NCBI RefSeq assembly: GCF_016432865.1 | Contig: NC_067401.1 | Coordinates: 250,170,001 to 250,234,000 of the forward strand | From: Antechinus flavipes | Taxonomy: Eukaryota | DNA length: 64,000 nt | Direction: 5' to 3' | Shown: positions 63,850 to 64,000 of the stretch, in pieces | How positions within the stretch are numbered: position 1 is the first letter of the stretch | Layout: each line of letters starts with the position of its first letter | Made by a program: the position numbers and the translations under genes | The notes under the pieces: model-generated | The model's input: only the letters and a program-made list of their open reading frames with translations | Database searches by the model: none | What the model was told of the DNA's origin: nothing

Positions 63850-63980
63850 AATACAGACATATCATTTCATTCCTACAACAACCATAAAAAAATAGGTTCT
63901 ATTATCATTCCTATTTTTAGGTAAGGAAATAGACCCACTAAGGTTAAGTGCCTTGCCCAACATCACAAAAAAAAGGAAGT
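63850..63980 (-). mobile_element. MIR-like CORE-SINE fragment
   Basis: atcatttcattcctacaacaacc..attatcattcctatttttaggtaaggaaatagaccc..aaggttaagtgccttgcccaacatcaca. Confidence 0.65.
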
Positions 63981-64000
63981 GATTATAGTGAGATTTCAAA

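Overview
This is AT-rich, CpG-depleted vertebrate genomic DNA with three N-gaps. The repeat content (WSINE1-like and Mar1-like SINEs, RTE-related SINE, 7SL-derived copies, marsupial-type L1 and ERV LTRs, MIR/L2/L3) points to a marsupial, probably a dasyurid such as the Tasmanian devil; the species is an inference. The only protein-coding sequence I can support is the last coding exon of BCKDHB (branched-chain keto acid dehydrogenase E1 beta) at 60270-60410 (+). About 60 kb upstream of it is one large intron, and I found no earlier exon in the window. Downstream is what looks like the same 3'-UTR intron (60419-61301) and non-coding terminal exon known from human BCKDHB. The most interesting observations are: that conserved 3'-UTR intron architecture; a Thr where human has Pro in the FEPFY motif; a nested LTR-in-LTR structure just past the gene end that predicts the content of the adjacent gap; a young sense-oriented solo LTR with a perfect 6-bp TSD in the intron; a near-identical 335-bp duplication; a possible Tc1/mariner transposase relic; and several repeat-free, motif-dense blocks that may be conserved enhancers. 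I found no convincing evidence of a wholly new biological system. Nearly all ORFs in the supplied track are chance, microsatellite, N-gap or retroelement artefacts. Repeat family names come from recalled consensus similarity rather than a database search, and most old-repeat boundaries are approximate.
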